From NCBI RefSeq assembly GCF_963676685.1, contig NC_092351.1:32426001-32490000 (forward strand): a stretch of 64,000 bases of DNA. Direction: 5' to 3'. The stretch comes from Mytilus edulis (lineage: Eukaryota). Of the stretch, positions 14,710-27,854 are shown piece by piece; the stretch's first letter is position 1, and each line of letters begins with the position of its first letter. The notes under the pieces are model-generated. The model did no database searches. It was not told where the DNA came from and saw only the letters and a list, made by a program, of their open reading frames with translations. The position numbers and the translations under genes were made by a program.

Positions 14710-15383
14710 GTAAGAGGCAGTAAAAACACCAGTCATAGAACTACGTTTAATAAACATGTGATAAACAAACACTATATTGTATTATAATACATGCATGTTG
14801 GAAATACATTATTTCTCAAAGAAATTGATACACTGATGCACGATGAACGTTTTGACAAATAAAAATCAGGACTTGTAACATAAACGCTCATAATACATTT
14901 TATGACACTTTTGATCTATAAAGAACATGATTTAATGCAATGCTTACAATGCCAAGCGGCACACTCATTTCATTATCATAATACATCCAATAAAAACACA
15001 TTACAATTACCTAAAAATATTATAAGGATTGCTTGTTGTTTGGTTGCCTTACGTTCAGTTGCAAATATTTCATGTATGAAGCTTAGGGTAGGTACTGTAT
15101 TAGTTGTCTACAAAAATGAACAGCATGATATTTCGAATGTCGCTGAAAAATGGGGTATACTATATAGGGACAGAAATTTGGCCTTGCAATGGACTCCTCA
15201 AAATGATTGTTGCAAGAGTTCTTGCCGTACGAAATGCGTGGTACACTCTCTACAAGACAGGGTTTTACGTCCTCAGTCTGACTGGACGTGGTTATGTATT
15301 TATACATACCGCACACAAAAACACATAGTTTTACATGTGGATGACATAAACCAACCAATATAGAAAAATTTAAATCGTAATTT

Positions 15384-15758
15384 AAAATTGGTACCGTTAA
15401 TTTTATTACTACCACGGGGTCGATGCCTCTGCTGGTGGACTATTAGTCCCCGAGGATATCACCAGCCCAGTAGCCAGTACTTCGGTACTGGCATGAAAAT
15501 ACGGATTTTATGTGTTATTAAAATTTGCTGTTACAAAATGATAGAAATTATTATAAATTAAGGAATGTATCTCCCTCATGCAAAGCTCTGATTCCTTTCA
15601 CGGATTTGGCTATACTTTTTGGACCTTTTTGATTATAGCTCTTCATCTTTTATATAAGCTTTGGATTTCAATTTTTTTGGCCACGAGCATCACTGAAGAG
15701 ACATGTATTGTCGAAATGCGCATCTGGTGCAAGAAAATTGGTACCGTTAATTTTATTA
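15384..15758 (+). mobile_element. Retrozyme-like / Penelope-associated 350-nt unit with terminal redundancy
   Basis: 25-nt direct repeat AAAATTGGTACCGTTAATTTTATTA at 15384 and 15734 enclosing a hammerhead. Confidence 0.75.
15687..15730 (+). ncRNA. Minimal type I hammerhead ribozyme, core intact
   Basis: GCATCA-CTGAAGA-GACA(TGTAT)TGTC-GAAA-TGCGCA-TC-TGGTGC; predicted cut after 15724. Confidence 0.85.
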
Positions 15759-17182
15759 AAGAGAAGAAAACAATTGCTTAATTCTACAAAATTGCCTTAA
15801 TTTTTAAACAATCTTTTGTTTGTTCAGTCTTGTTTTAGACAAGAAAAGAAAAAGAAAAACACGATAAGCATCACAAGCGTTTTTGTTTGTTCAGGTTGTC
15901 AAACACTCTTTAGAGTAATTATACATTCTTTTTCTTTAAACCTGAATATCTTATTTGTAATAGAAAGTGAAGCAAGATTTTATAAAAAAAAAACGAATTA
16001 CTTTAAACCGTGCGTGTGGCAATCATTTGATAATGTTAATTTGTATTTAAACCATTGTGGTGACGTCAGCCTATTCATTTACCGTGGATTCTTTTTCTAG
16101 AATCAACGCTTTCTAAATCAGTCGCTGAAATTGACTTACCAGATTATATTCTATTGTTTCCTTTGTGTGCCTAATATCATTAAGTTTGAATTGAGTAATT
16201 TCCTGATTTCTGTTTACTAATGGAATTATTTTTAAAAACTTACCTTTAATTTTTGTAATTTCTATATGCCTTCACTGGGATTCGAACCCGGCCATAAATT
16301 TTGTAACTTGTTACTGACATTAACATATCGACGAAACCTCTGGGCTACCAATAGGTTACGATTTTAAAGTCTATTTCATATATATAAATGAATATATGAT
16401 ACACATCGGTAAAACGGACACACATGGCTTCTACCTTTATATATACATAATAGGTAATCGTATAGTTTGAGTTGGTACTCACGAGGTTTCGTAGATAAAT
16501 GAGTTAAAGCTAAGGACTTGTCTGTTTAGGTTCGAATCCCTGAATTCTCTGTGTTGTTCCAATAGTCTAGATTTCCAGTTTTTGTTCTTGTTTTGAATGT
16601 TATTGTGGATATTTGTGTAAAAAAAAGCGATTATGGTCGTTTATTATCGGATAATGGTTGGCTATTCCATATGTTTCGAACAAAACAAAAATGGATTGCA
16701 TAATATTGGTCCATTTTTGTTTTAAAAATTAATATTATATGATTTCATCTGTTTTACTACATAATTTTACAAATTTTAATTCGCAAATTCCTATGCTAGA
16801 AAATCGTGATATCTCTTGAATTAGGCTTATTGTAGAAATTTCGGAAACATACTTATTATATGCACTATATATAATGTTTTTGACGGGTTGTTGTCCCTTT
16901 GACACATTCTCCATTTCAATTAAGATCAATTCAAATAGAAATAAGTTCCAATATGTCTTATTTTGTAAAAACAGAAAACATTTGGGTGCCTGATGATATG
17001 AAGATGTTTAAGGGCAGACGTGTTGTGTTATAATATATTTGTATTCTTTTAACCATTTAATTGTGATATCTAATTTATTGTAATGGATCGTTTGGCACAA
17101 TCTCATGGTTAATTAAACTCACTTACAATACCTTCTAATTAAGAATAGGCGTTAATTTTCAAAAGACATTATCACAATAGTT

Positions 17183-17297
17183 TAAGTGATAGATACAATG
17201 GATAAGCGTTGATTCATGAAAAACAAACAATTCGCCCTGCGGGCTCATGGTTTCTTTTTCAAGAATCAACGCTTATCCATGGTATCTATATCACTTA
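17183..17297. repeat. Fold-back palindrome with GC-rich mini-hairpin core
   Basis: Arms TAAGTGATAGATACAATGGATAAGCGTTGATTC / GAATCAACGCTTATCCATGGTATCTATATCACTTA; core GCCC-TGC-GGGC. Confidence 0.85.
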
Positions 17298-17523
17298 CCA
17301 AACAATATGATATAATCAATTCCTTCATTTATCTTAACCATTAGGATAATTTAGGTCTTCAATTAAAATGTTGTTGGTAATCTAAAAATGATTATTTTAC
17401 ACAAAGTCGTTTGAATTAAAAATCCTTTATTGACGAATAATTAAATTCTGCAATATTTACATGTATAATGAGTCGGTCGCGTATATTAGATTAAATGTTT
17501 TGCTAAATATTGGTCCCGTCTTA

Positions 17524-17760
17524 GGCCAAATAAAATAGAATTTGTGGTTCAAGTTACATAAAATAAAGTTAAGGTATGAAGGTAGTTTTTTATATGTTTT
17601 TTTTTACATTGAGTCTATGAGAGCTACGTTCTGACTTCAGCAGTGCTGAATTAAACATGACAAACAACTGTTAAGGGTAGGCTCAATATTATTGAGACTA
17701 ATTAAAAAATAGGGCAGATAGGGTAACTGGAACCACACTGTCATGTATTTTTATTTGGTC
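17524..17760. mobile_element. MITE with TTA TSD (Zator/Harbinger-like)
   Basis: TTA|GGCCAAATAAAA...TTTTATTTGGTC|TTA; imperfect TIR extends to TGTGGTTC/GAACCACA. Confidence 0.7.
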
Positions 17761-18175
17761 TTATACAAATGAAATTGTAAGTTTCCCCATCCCTTGTCCT
17801 TGGATACGTATGGATAGTTGTCCCACATCAATCCTTACCACATTCCCCGTTATTATTAATAATATGACCAAAATTTAAAGGAGATGGGAGGGGGAGAAGT
17901 AAACGTCAAGACGACAGCAACCAATCGACAAAGGTAACCATGCAATATCTTAAGATCATCAAACAATCTGCAACAATGGAGACAGCTGCTTGTGAAATAT
18001 ATTTAGATCTAAAGCGTCGGATCTTATATCAGTTGTGAATAAATTAAAAGAAAAAAATATCTGACATTAAAACCATAATGGTTTTCTAATGAAAAAAAAA
18101 CATTTTATAAATTTCGTGCATCCGAAACGCTTTGCTGAATTGCACATGAAATATATCATCTGTGATATTTATTAG

Positions 18176-18337
18176 GACATTTTGAGTCTTCCTGTAGAAA
18201 AGTTTCGCCATGGTGGTGTAAAGATCACAGGATTTCAGCTGGTAGATTATTCGACATACAAAGTACACCGGTTTATAGGGCAATGGAAAACACTATCAAC
18301 ATCTTTGTGGCCCGGAGCAGGGGGCAACAGAATAAGT
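18176..18337 (+). CDS. iGluR exon, ATD (DILSLPVEKFRHGGVKITGFQLVD...NRIS)
   Basis: attag acceptor, AGT|gtaagt donor; GGxxITGFQLVD motif. Confidence 0.93.
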
Positions 18338-19485
18338 GTAAGTAACATTGATAAAAATTCTCTGAGACTGTAGTGGAGATACAAAAAGAGGGGCGAAAGA
18401 TACCAGAGGGACAGTCACACTCATATATCGAAAATAAACTGACAACGACATGGCAAAAAAGAAAAAAGAAAAACAGACAAATAATTGTACACAAGAAACA
18501 ACATAGAAAACTAAATACAGAGCAACACGAAACAAAAACTAGGGGTGATCTCAGGTGTTCTGGAAAGGTAAGCAGATTTCTCTCCACATGTGGCACCTGT
18601 CGTGTTGCTCATGTTATTACAAAGCCGGTAAATAGTCTTATTCGGTAGGTCACATTCATGAAAAGATATTGGTTTTATACTAAACAAATAATTCCGAACG
18701 ATCACATCAAATATTCCCCTAAACCAATTCATAAAAATTAAATACGCGTTCGAAGGAGATAAGATAGAACATATTAATTGAAGAGGTCGTCTAGAATAAT
18801 TATCGACTCCTAGGAGTCGATATTAAGAATTGAACGATGGACAGTTAGTGCGTGAATTTTTCTTGCTACCTGATTGGAAGATTTTACGAGACGTGAATAA
18901 TCAAAGTTTATTGATTGGTTAGGACAATCCAAACCTAGTAAATGTCCTTCAATCCCGTAGAATATCGGATTTGTCCTCTCTATTTTAGCAATTAGATTTT
19001 GCCTGGTCATTAATCATGCATATTTATGATATTGATACACAGGTAACTTTTATTTATAAATAGTCGAATCTTCTGGAGTTATACTACTTCATAACGTGTG
19101 ACCTCACGTGTGTGGTCAAATTTGTTGATTGATGCACGTGGCTATTCTAGTAAAGCAATTAATCTACAAAGCGAGAGCACTTTCCATTTTCATCAGCTAA
19201 GAGTCGACTAGCCCTTTTTGAAAGGCTAATGCTTGTTTTATATGTTGAAGTCGAAAGCAGCATTACAAACAATAAACTGATTTGCTGTTGGACACACACA
19301 TAAACATGTACTGCTAAAGTTAAAAAAAAACACGTTAATTCCGACCTATTTTTAAAACAAATGAAAACAGCAATATATTTACTTTGCCATTTATTCACAT
19401 ACATGTATATTTTTTTAATAATTTTTAACAAGGTTTATCATCTGACATCAACACTTAACTTTAGATAGTTTTACAAATACAATAG

Positions 19486-19683
19486 GTTGGTGCAGCTCTT
19501 TCTTTTGATGCAGCAACGATACTACAGGACACGATTAAAGGAATGCTTGAAAGTGACCCTAATGTATTTAAAACCACATTTAGACGTGCTGACATTTACA
19601 ACTTTAATACGACCAAAGGAATTCCTTGTTCCGGTGGTAGGCCTTGGATGCATGGCCAAGAAATAATGAGAAGGATGAAATCG
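19486..19683 (+). CDS. iGluR exon, ATD (VGAALSFDA...GIPC...PWMHGQEIMRRMKS)
   Basis: aatag acceptor, TCG|gtacgt donor, 66 open codons; ALxxDA and PWxxG motifs. Confidence 0.92.
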
Positions 19684-20155
19684 GTACGTTCAGTGCATGA
19701 ATAACTTTTTTTTTTTTAAATTAACCCATACATTTCATTGCTGTTTTATGTTTTATAGGAGATTTGAAATTACATGTAGCTTTGTTTAAAAAAAAATTAA
19801 CATGAAAATGAAATGAAAATGAAATGAAAAAAAAATACGCAACACGTTTCGTCATAAACTTAAATATTATGTAATAATTACATGATTGATATACCAACAA
19901 ACCAGTGATATATATGGCCTGAAAATTTCAATAAAATATCTATTATTTAGTAGTTACACTTGTTCAAACATTGGTATAGCTTATTGCAATTGCCAAGTTA
20001 CATTTTTTAACTTTGGGGATTATCCTTAGGATTATCTTTACCTGGGTAAGGCATTGAAATAAGTATTGCTTCCCTCATTCAAAATAGAATCGACCAGTTG
20101 CAGAAAAGTTGGCTACATCTAATATGTTGATATGTAATATTGATTTCTATTTTAG

Positions 20156-20263
20156 ATGGACTTTGATGGTTTAACAGGAAGGGTAACTTTTGACGAAAAT
20201 GGTATGCGCAGACATTTTAATTTGGAAGTTTATCAAGTGTCCCTTGATTTTGGGCCTACAAAG
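20156..20263 (+). CDS. iGluR exon, ATD (MDFDGLTGRVTFDENGMRRHFNLEVYQVSLDFGPTK)
   Basis: ttttag acceptor, AAG|gtactg donor; GLTGxxxFDxxGxR motif. Confidence 0.94.
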
Positions 20264-20953
20264 GTACTGATTTCTTCCTCTATGCAATATTTACTTTTTT
20301 ATTCATTTAATACTCTCCGTTATGAATTTTGATACGCTAAGATCGATATCCTGTACTGGAAACTGAAATCCACAAGTTTTAATTGCAATTTACCGAGTAA
20401 ATCTATTGCAAATTAGCGGACCAAATTACAGCTGACACAGACTTCATGGCACACACTGCTTTGGTATGATAAATACAAGACCATCAGCTATGTACTAAAT
20501 AATCTATAATCAATTGGTACGCATCAAATAAGTCCATAGGGACCTAGATGTACTTTATATTTTACTAGAATAAAGATATTTCTGTTCATGTAGTATAGTT
20601 ATGTTATGTAATACATAGATCTATAATTTAGCTTCAACTGATTTTAAAACGACAATTTTCCATTAATATTGTTATTATTTTTTGGGTTATTAGAATGACA
20701 ATAAAAATTTAAACCTTTTCACATTAAGTTAACTTAATCTAGACAAATAACGCAAGATTAGAAAAAAAAATAAGTTTCCCTTCCGACATGTGCTTACATC
20801 TTCGAACCAGAGGTTGCACTATTAGATAATTGATTGAATTTTTTCTAAATTATATTCAGAAAATTATACATGATATACTATTCTGAGCTTTTTTAATTAT
20901 CTAAATAAGTATTTGTTTTCCTCCAACTATGTATACAGACCAATTTCTTTCAG

Positions 20954-21064
20954 ATAGGTGATTGGCATTCTGTCAATGGTTTCACTTGGAAAGGACAAGA
21001 GGAGAAGTATGAAGAAAAGATCGACAATATTGACAGAGATATCAAAATTGTGATAAGTGTGCTG
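20954..21064 (+). CDS. iGluR exon, ATD-S1 linker (IGDWHSVNG...IKIVISVL)
   Basis: ctttcag acceptor, CTG|gtttgt donor; IGxW motif. Confidence 0.9.
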
Positions 21065-21502
21065 GTTTGTACTAACACGTCTATATTCAAAAATTAGCAT
21101 CTGCCTATATAAATACACACTTAGGAAATACACAATTGGCATTATTTAAGAACGATTTAATAAAGAGATGATCAATTTTCAAATGTAAGGATGTCTGCAA
21201 CAAAGCAAACGTCAAAACGAAAAGAAGAATATAATTCAACTAAGTAATGATAACGACGACACATTGTGATTGTATCTGAGGTACAATTACAAAAAAAAAT
21301 ACCATTACAAATATGCTACAAATTTTCATGCACATGTATATCGTCTTTAGTGCTTCTGTCGAAATGGTTAACAAATATTTTGCTCTTCTGTTTTGTCGAT
21401 TTTGTTAAGATCACGAATAAATGACCACCGCGATTAAGTTAGCACGGTTAAAATAACAGTTTACCATAAACATGTATATGATGAGTGCGTTTCTTTTTGA
21501 AG

Positions 21503-21578
21503 GAAAAACCGTTCTTTATGCTTAAATCAGAACCACAGAAAAATGGATCAGCATGGACAGGAAACGATCGATATGAAG
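21503..21578 (+). CDS. iGluR exon, S1 (EKPFFMLK...GNDRYEG)
   Basis: ttgaag acceptor, G|gtacat donor; ExPF and GNxRYEG motifs. Confidence 0.93.
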
Positions 21579-21871
21579 GTACATGTATATTGCCAAATGG
21601 TCGTTTCAGAGTCTAAAGGACTCTGGGTAATTCATTGTTCGTACCCCAAAATGAAAATAACGTCACGACATTGGTTGAATTTTCATTGTTTTGGAAGTTT
21701 TCATCCAATCACGACGTTTTGGTGTACACTTTTGAAAATATTACCAAGAATTCATTAGATTCTGAAACATTTAATTTTGTTACCGTGTATTTCTTGTAAG
21801 CCGACATTGTTTGTGAATAAATATTTGTTTGTGCACTGAGTCTAATTTGTATTACATGGTTGACGTATTGA

Positions 21872-22153
21872 GGGAGCTACCATTTGATTTATATGGGGGG
21901 GGGGGGGCTAGGATGAAATTTGATAAAAATAGGCAGGACAGGAGTTTTGAGTAAAAAAAAAGGCAGGATGAGCAACTTGGTAAAAAAAAGGCAGGATGAC
22001 AATTTGTGTAAAAAAAGTCAGGATAACTAGTAAAAAAAAGGCAGGACCGAATAGAGTAAAAAATAAAAAGGCAGGACAGAGATTACAACTAAAAAAAAAA
22101 GCAGGACAAAATTTTTCATCCTAGCCCCCCATAAAAATTAAATGGTAGCTCCC
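21872..22153. mobile_element. MITE (PIF/Harbinger-like) with internal AAAAAGGCAGGA repeats
   Basis: ~45-bp TIR GGGAGCTACCATTT...CTAGGATGAAA / TTTCATCCTAG...AAATGGTAGCTCCC; flanks TGA and TTA. Confidence 0.8.
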
Positions 22154-22251
22154 TTAAAACAAAATAGGTTTTTCAAATATTTATTAACCAACTACATGTA
22201 AGTGCATTATTGCCAAAAATGACTGTTTTTTTTTAAATTTCATATTTTCTC

Positions 22252-22395
22252 TAATGGCCCTGTTTTTCTGTAATGGCCCTGTTTTTTCTGTAATGGCCCT
22301 GTTTTTCTGTAATGACCCTGTTTTTTCTGTAATGGCCCTGTTTTTCTGTTATGGCCCTGTATTAATGCCCAGTTTGTCTGTATTAAGCCCTGTTA
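22252..22395. repeat. 19-20 bp minisatellite (TAATGGCCCTGTTTTTCTG)
   Basis: About five good plus degenerate copies; same motif recurs in the adjacent palindrome. Confidence 0.88.
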
Positions 22396-22684
22396 GGGTT
22401 TTTAATAAAGTTAATAAAACTAAGTTGTAAAGAGTATAATACCTTTTTGTATTTTATTTAATTTAGTAACCAGCAACAAACATTAAAGAACCATATAAAG
22501 GGATCACTGTTCATCCTGTTTTTTAACACATATCTCTTTCAACTTAATATCTTGGATATTTGGTATATTTAAAGCTTTATAATGGTGAAGATTATTTGTT
22601 CAAACTAAACTGTCATTAAAAGAGTAAGACAGAACATCAAGTTAGCAGCAACACATACATTTTTGTTCAGTTGGTTAATAAATG

Positions 22685-22861
22685 TATTAAGAAATGGGTG
22701 TTTTTATAATGGCCCTGTTATATGTCCTCGGTCATTAATAATGGCCTCGGATGTCTGTAATAGCCCTCGGCGTTGCCTCGGGCCATTACAGACTTCCTCA
22801 ACCATTGTTACAGACCTTGGACATATAACAGGGCCATTATAAAAACACCCATTCATTAATA
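22685..22861. repeat. ~175-bp fold-back palindrome
   Basis: Arms AATGGGTGTTTTTATAATGGCCCTGTTATATGTCC / GGACATATAACAGGGCCATTATAAAAACACCCATT; core GGC-GTT-GCC. Confidence 0.88.
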
Positions 22862-23108
22862 CTATAATAATGTATAAAAGACCATCTTAATAACCTCTGT
22901 TTGATTGTATATGTCATGTTCTTTGAATGGAACTCACTGACAAGGTACCACATATATGACTTATGCATAAATTGTACACCATGGAATACGGGGTAGTCTC
23001 TATAGCCGGATTAAATAAAATTGGGAAAGGAAATGGGGAATGTGTCAAAGCGACAACAACTCGACCATAGAGCAGACAACAGCTGAAGGCCACCAATGGG
23101 TCTTCAAT

Positions 23109-24876
23109 GAGGGGGGCAAGGGGTTTAACTGTTATGCTGTTATGGGGCAATTTAATTCTTTGTTATCTGTTATTTTGAAAATATATTTACTGTTAGCTGT
23201 TATTGTCTTATTCTTTGTTAGCTGTTATTGGGCTTTTATTATTTTTGTTATCTGTTATTTAGATAATGTATTTGCTGTTAACTGTTATTGAAAATTGGAA
23301 TGTTAGCATTTTTTTTGACAGTCAATATTCGATATAAATTGAAGATCATTGGCCATTGGGGTCTACCACTACTAATATGTTTGTCCCGTATTCAGAGAAG
23401 GATTCCATTAACATATACCCATCACAGAAGTGAGGTCCAGGACAATTCAAGTATATCTTATGATTATCCTTTGAAATAAATTCCTTTTTTTTTATGAATG
23501 TGTATTTAGAATTATCTTAGTTTTTTGTATGAGAATAATGTTCCTTGTTTTCCCTACGAACATATTAAATTAAATCAATTCTTAATATGACAAAAAGGAA
23601 AACATATGGCCAGGAATATCTGACAAGGATCTCAATTAAGGACTAGGCCCTAACAACCACTTAACCTTTTATATAATATGATACATAGACTCAGCTCTGT
23701 GATTCTTTTCAAAGCAGAACCAAATGCATTGTACAATGAAAGTTCCAACCATGTACTTGGGTCCGAAGCTGCACATAACTCATTACAAACCAAGATTTTT
23801 TCGTTTCAAGCCATTGTTTCCCTACTAAACTATGTATTCTACTTACTAGTACACTTGGTACAATCAAAAACCTCAGCTGATAAACATTTTTTCAAATAAG
23901 GCCTTTGAAACTAGTGGAATAAATTGCTTTTAGAGTGTCAAAATTCGTTCGAAGTACTTGATAAATTGCATGCTTATAATTGGTGCTTTTGATTTTTTTA
24001 CCCTATATACCCCTTTGCCTCATAGTTTTTTTAAGAAAAATTCACACACCTTATTAAATGGTCATTTAGAAAAAGTCAGAATATTCAAACTCTTTTAGGT
24101 CACTTTTTTGATTAGCAACAAAGGGAGCTTCAGTCAATATATATAAACAATACACCAACGTTTCATGAGAACTGCTGTCTGCTGAAAACATTTTTGTGTT
24201 AATGTCTGAAAACTGGAAAATCACCCCTTTTTAATTAATAAAACCCGTTAACTCGGAAACGTAAAATCGAAAATTTATAAAAATTGAAAATTACCTCATG
24301 TAAATAGAAATAAACAATTCACCAAAATTCCTTGCTTTGTGAAAGCATTTTAGAGATATTATCAGAAAACTGAAAGAAAAAAAAACAACCAATTTTATTG
24401 AATAAAAACCCATTTCCCAGAAACAAAATCTAAAATCTAAAATTTATGAAAAAAAAAAAAAAAAAAAAAAGGGAGCTCACGTCAATACATATAAACAATT
24501 TCCCAAAGTTTATTGCAAATGGTTAAAGAGTTTTTGAGTTAATGTCCGACATGTTGACAACAGACGGACAACAGTATACCATAATACGTTCCGTAAACGA
24601 GCGTATAAAAAATATTATAATATATTGAGATATATTGAGTAGTAATTTAAACACATTCTAGATACATAAATTAATACTAAAAACATAGTCATAGAAAATG
24701 GAATGCATTACAAAGGATTATATCCGTTATAAGAAATACTGATTTGTCAAAGACCGAATTATTTTAGTATTTCATTTACTGTTATCTGTTTTTGTCCATT
24801 TTAATTCCTTGTTATCTGTTATGAGCCAAATCAATTTGCTGTTTTGCTGTTATTGGAACCCCCCTTGCCCCCCCTC
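23109..24876. mobile_element. Non-autonomous DNA transposon, GAG...CTC ends, 6-bp TSD
   Basis: TIR GAGGGGGGCAAGGGG / CCCCTTGCCCCCCCTC; TTCAAT at 23103-23108 and 24877-24882; splits a repeat seen intact near 63495-63630. Confidence 0.85.
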
Positions 24877-25339
24877 TTCAATGTAGCGAGAAACTCTCGC
24901 ACCCGGAGGCGTCCTTAAGCTGGCCCCTTAAAAATATGTATACTAGTTCAGTGATACTTTACGTCATACTAAACTCCGAATTATACACAAGAAACTAAAA
25001 TAAAAAATCATACAAGTCTAACAAATGCCAGGTGCTTCTGACTTGGGACAGGCGCAAAATTGCGACGGGGTTAAACATGTTTATGAGATCTCAACCCTCC
25101 CCCTATACCTCTAGCCAATGTAGAAAAGTAAACACATAACAATACGCACATTCAGTTGAAGAGAAGTCCGAGTCTGATGTCAGAAGATGTAACAAAAGAA
25201 AATAAACAAAATGACAATAATACATAAATAACAACAGACTACTAGCAGTTAACTGACATGCCAGCTCCAGAACTCAATTCAACTGATTGAAAGATTATGT
25301 CTTCATCATATGAATATTAGGCACAATCCCTCCCGTTAG

Positions 25340-25950
25340 GGTTAAAGACTTTCTAAATGAAAGAACACAGTAGGTCGTCCTCGAAAATGGAAGATCCAAC
25401 ACTGCACCTGTCTAATCAGAAGTTCCCCAGCGCAGCGTCTTTTATAAATAAACGACCTTCAAGAGTGCACAGTCAACACATCATCATTTAGAAAATTTGC
25501 CGGTGACTACGTCTTGTACAGGAAAATAAAAACACAGCACAGACGCAGCACTTCTACAAAGATCTGGAGACCCTACGAACATGGGAGAATGATTGGCTCA
25601 TGGAATTCCATCCCAACAAATGTCAGGTCATTCACATTAACAACAAGAGAAAACATATAAGACAGCCATTTAACATCCATGGCCACGTCTTACAGAAAGT
25701 CGAACCCACAAAATATCTGGGATCCAACACTCACCACAAACTGAACTGGACTACTCGTATAGATCAAGTAGTAAGGAAAGCAAAAAACAATAGGGCTTTT
25801 CTACAGAAAAGATATATTATATACCAATGTCAACGCAATACCAATGAAGTCTGTTACAAGACCCTTGTGAGACCACGCATCGAGTATACACTCATCATTT
25901 GGGATCAACACACTGCAAACAACCCTCGTAACCTGGAAATGGTACAAATC
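25340..25950 (+). mobile_element. Decayed non-LTR retrotransposon RT fragment (CR1/L2-like)
   Basis: KDFLNERTQ*VV, VPQ, WLMEFHPNKCQV, KYLG, YKTLVRPRIEY with stops and frameshifts. Confidence 0.88.
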
Positions 25951-26914
25951 GAACAACCAGTGTAACAAACCTATTAAACCAACTGCAATGACCAACTAAT
26001 GTAAACACCAAAGTGGAAACAATTATTAGATGAACAATGTGTATAATTTTTTTTTATGAGTCCCAAATATAATAGTAACTATTGATATGCATTATTGGGT
26101 ACATGGCATATATTTGTTGTCAATCGGTAATTGGTTAATACATTTGTAGTTCTATATAACAAACTGCTGTGCAATGTTTTACGTTTGAATAATTTGAAAA
26201 ACTATTCTTCCGATTTACTGAAATAGCTGAATTTTCAATAAAAAGTCCTAAAATTATATAATTGAAACCAAATACGACAAATATTTGAGATAAACATAGG
26301 CTAGAGGAATAGGGTGAGGGTTGAAACCTCACAAAATAATTTTTGCGCCTGTCCCAAGTCAGGAACCCCAGTCTTTGTTGTGTTTAAAAAAAAATATTTA
26401 TATGTTTCGTAGTTGTAGTGTTGGGTCTATTTGACTGAACTAGTAACATTATTGTGTAGGGGCCAGATGAAGCCCGCCTTTGGTTGCAATACTACAATTA
26501 ACCAGAGTACAATTTCTAGCTTTGAAGACCTATTGGTGACCTTGGGCTATTTTCTGCTCAAAAGTCGGTTTGTTTTCTCTTTGACACATTCCTTGTTTCC
26601 ATTTCCATTTTCAATCTTAATCTAATGATCAAATGTTCCTGATCAAATGCACAAACCTTTTTTCTGTAAAGTCAGTTCAAATTGCAGGAATTACTCGAGA
26701 AAAATGTTTCTACACTTCTTTTCCTTATACTATCCTCCTCTCAAAGGTGTAATGTAAACCTTGATACAGTTATGTCAGTGTACATGACATTGTAAAAATA
26801 AATTGCATTAAAATTATCATGATGAAAAATAAAAAAATTGTGAATATTGTAATTCTAAGTTATTCTTACTAGTAGTATATATTTTTACCTTATAGTGTTA
26901 TGTTTTATTCACAG

Positions 26915-27057
26915 GTTTTTCCGTAGAGTTGATACGTGAAGTTGCAAGCATTGCAGATTTTAAATACAAGTTAAAGCATAGTACTACTGGAGTTTACGGA
27001 ACATATTTAAACGAAAACCAATCATGGAATGGATTAATTGGTCGTATCATAAGGAAG
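26915..27057 (+). CDS. iGluR exon, S1 (GFSVELI...GVYG...SWNGLIGRIIRK)
   Basis: cacag acceptor, AAG|gtaatg donor; YG and WNGxxG motifs. Confidence 0.95.
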
Positions 27058-27854
27058 GTAATGAGTCCTACTAATGACGTTTCATTCGATATTATAATTA
27101 TACCATCTTGAAATTATAACTTAACAAAAAAATGATTCCGATTGCTTGCCTTATAATGTGGCTATATATGGTTCTATTGGCTAACATGAGATATATTAAG
27201 TAAGAAGCCTATCTAATCAGTTAATTGTTTGCGCAGAATATTTGTCAAATTGAACTAATGAGTCTTATAAAGTTTAATGTTTTACACATTGTGACTTGGG
27301 TGAAGAGTTGGCACTCATACCACATCTTATTTATAATTATTGCATAAACGATAATATCTCGTGTTTGTAAATTTTGTCTTGTTCATTTTCACAACTATCT
27401 AGTATGCACATAAATTCGTATCAATAAAACATAAACCAAATAGAAAAGGAACGTAGGGAACAACCGCTGTATCGAAGGATAGTAGACATACACAATTTAA
27501 AATGATAGTAGACGTAAAAGTCAATTACCCTAATATGATTGCATCATCCTTTTATCAGTCTTTTACTGGCTCGTGACTTTCTATCATATATATTGTTCCA
27601 TTAAAAGCGCAGTATTGTACTTCATATTAAAATATCTGTTTGTGACAATATATAGCAGTAGTAGAACCTCCGTTATATACATAAATCACAAGTACAAATG
27701 TACTACCGGTATATAGAATCGCAAGATATATTTTGTTGAAATTACAAAAAGACATGAAACACCATGTGTTATAAAACGTTCATTCGGTGCATTCAATATT
27801 TGGACAATCAATCATGCTCATTATTCTTATTATTCTTATCAATTTTATTATAAC

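Noticed and set aside
16270-16545. Two opposed GGTTCGAATCC B-box motifs as tRNA genes
   Set aside because: No convincing cloverleaf or acceptor stem; probably decayed tRNA-derived SINE heads
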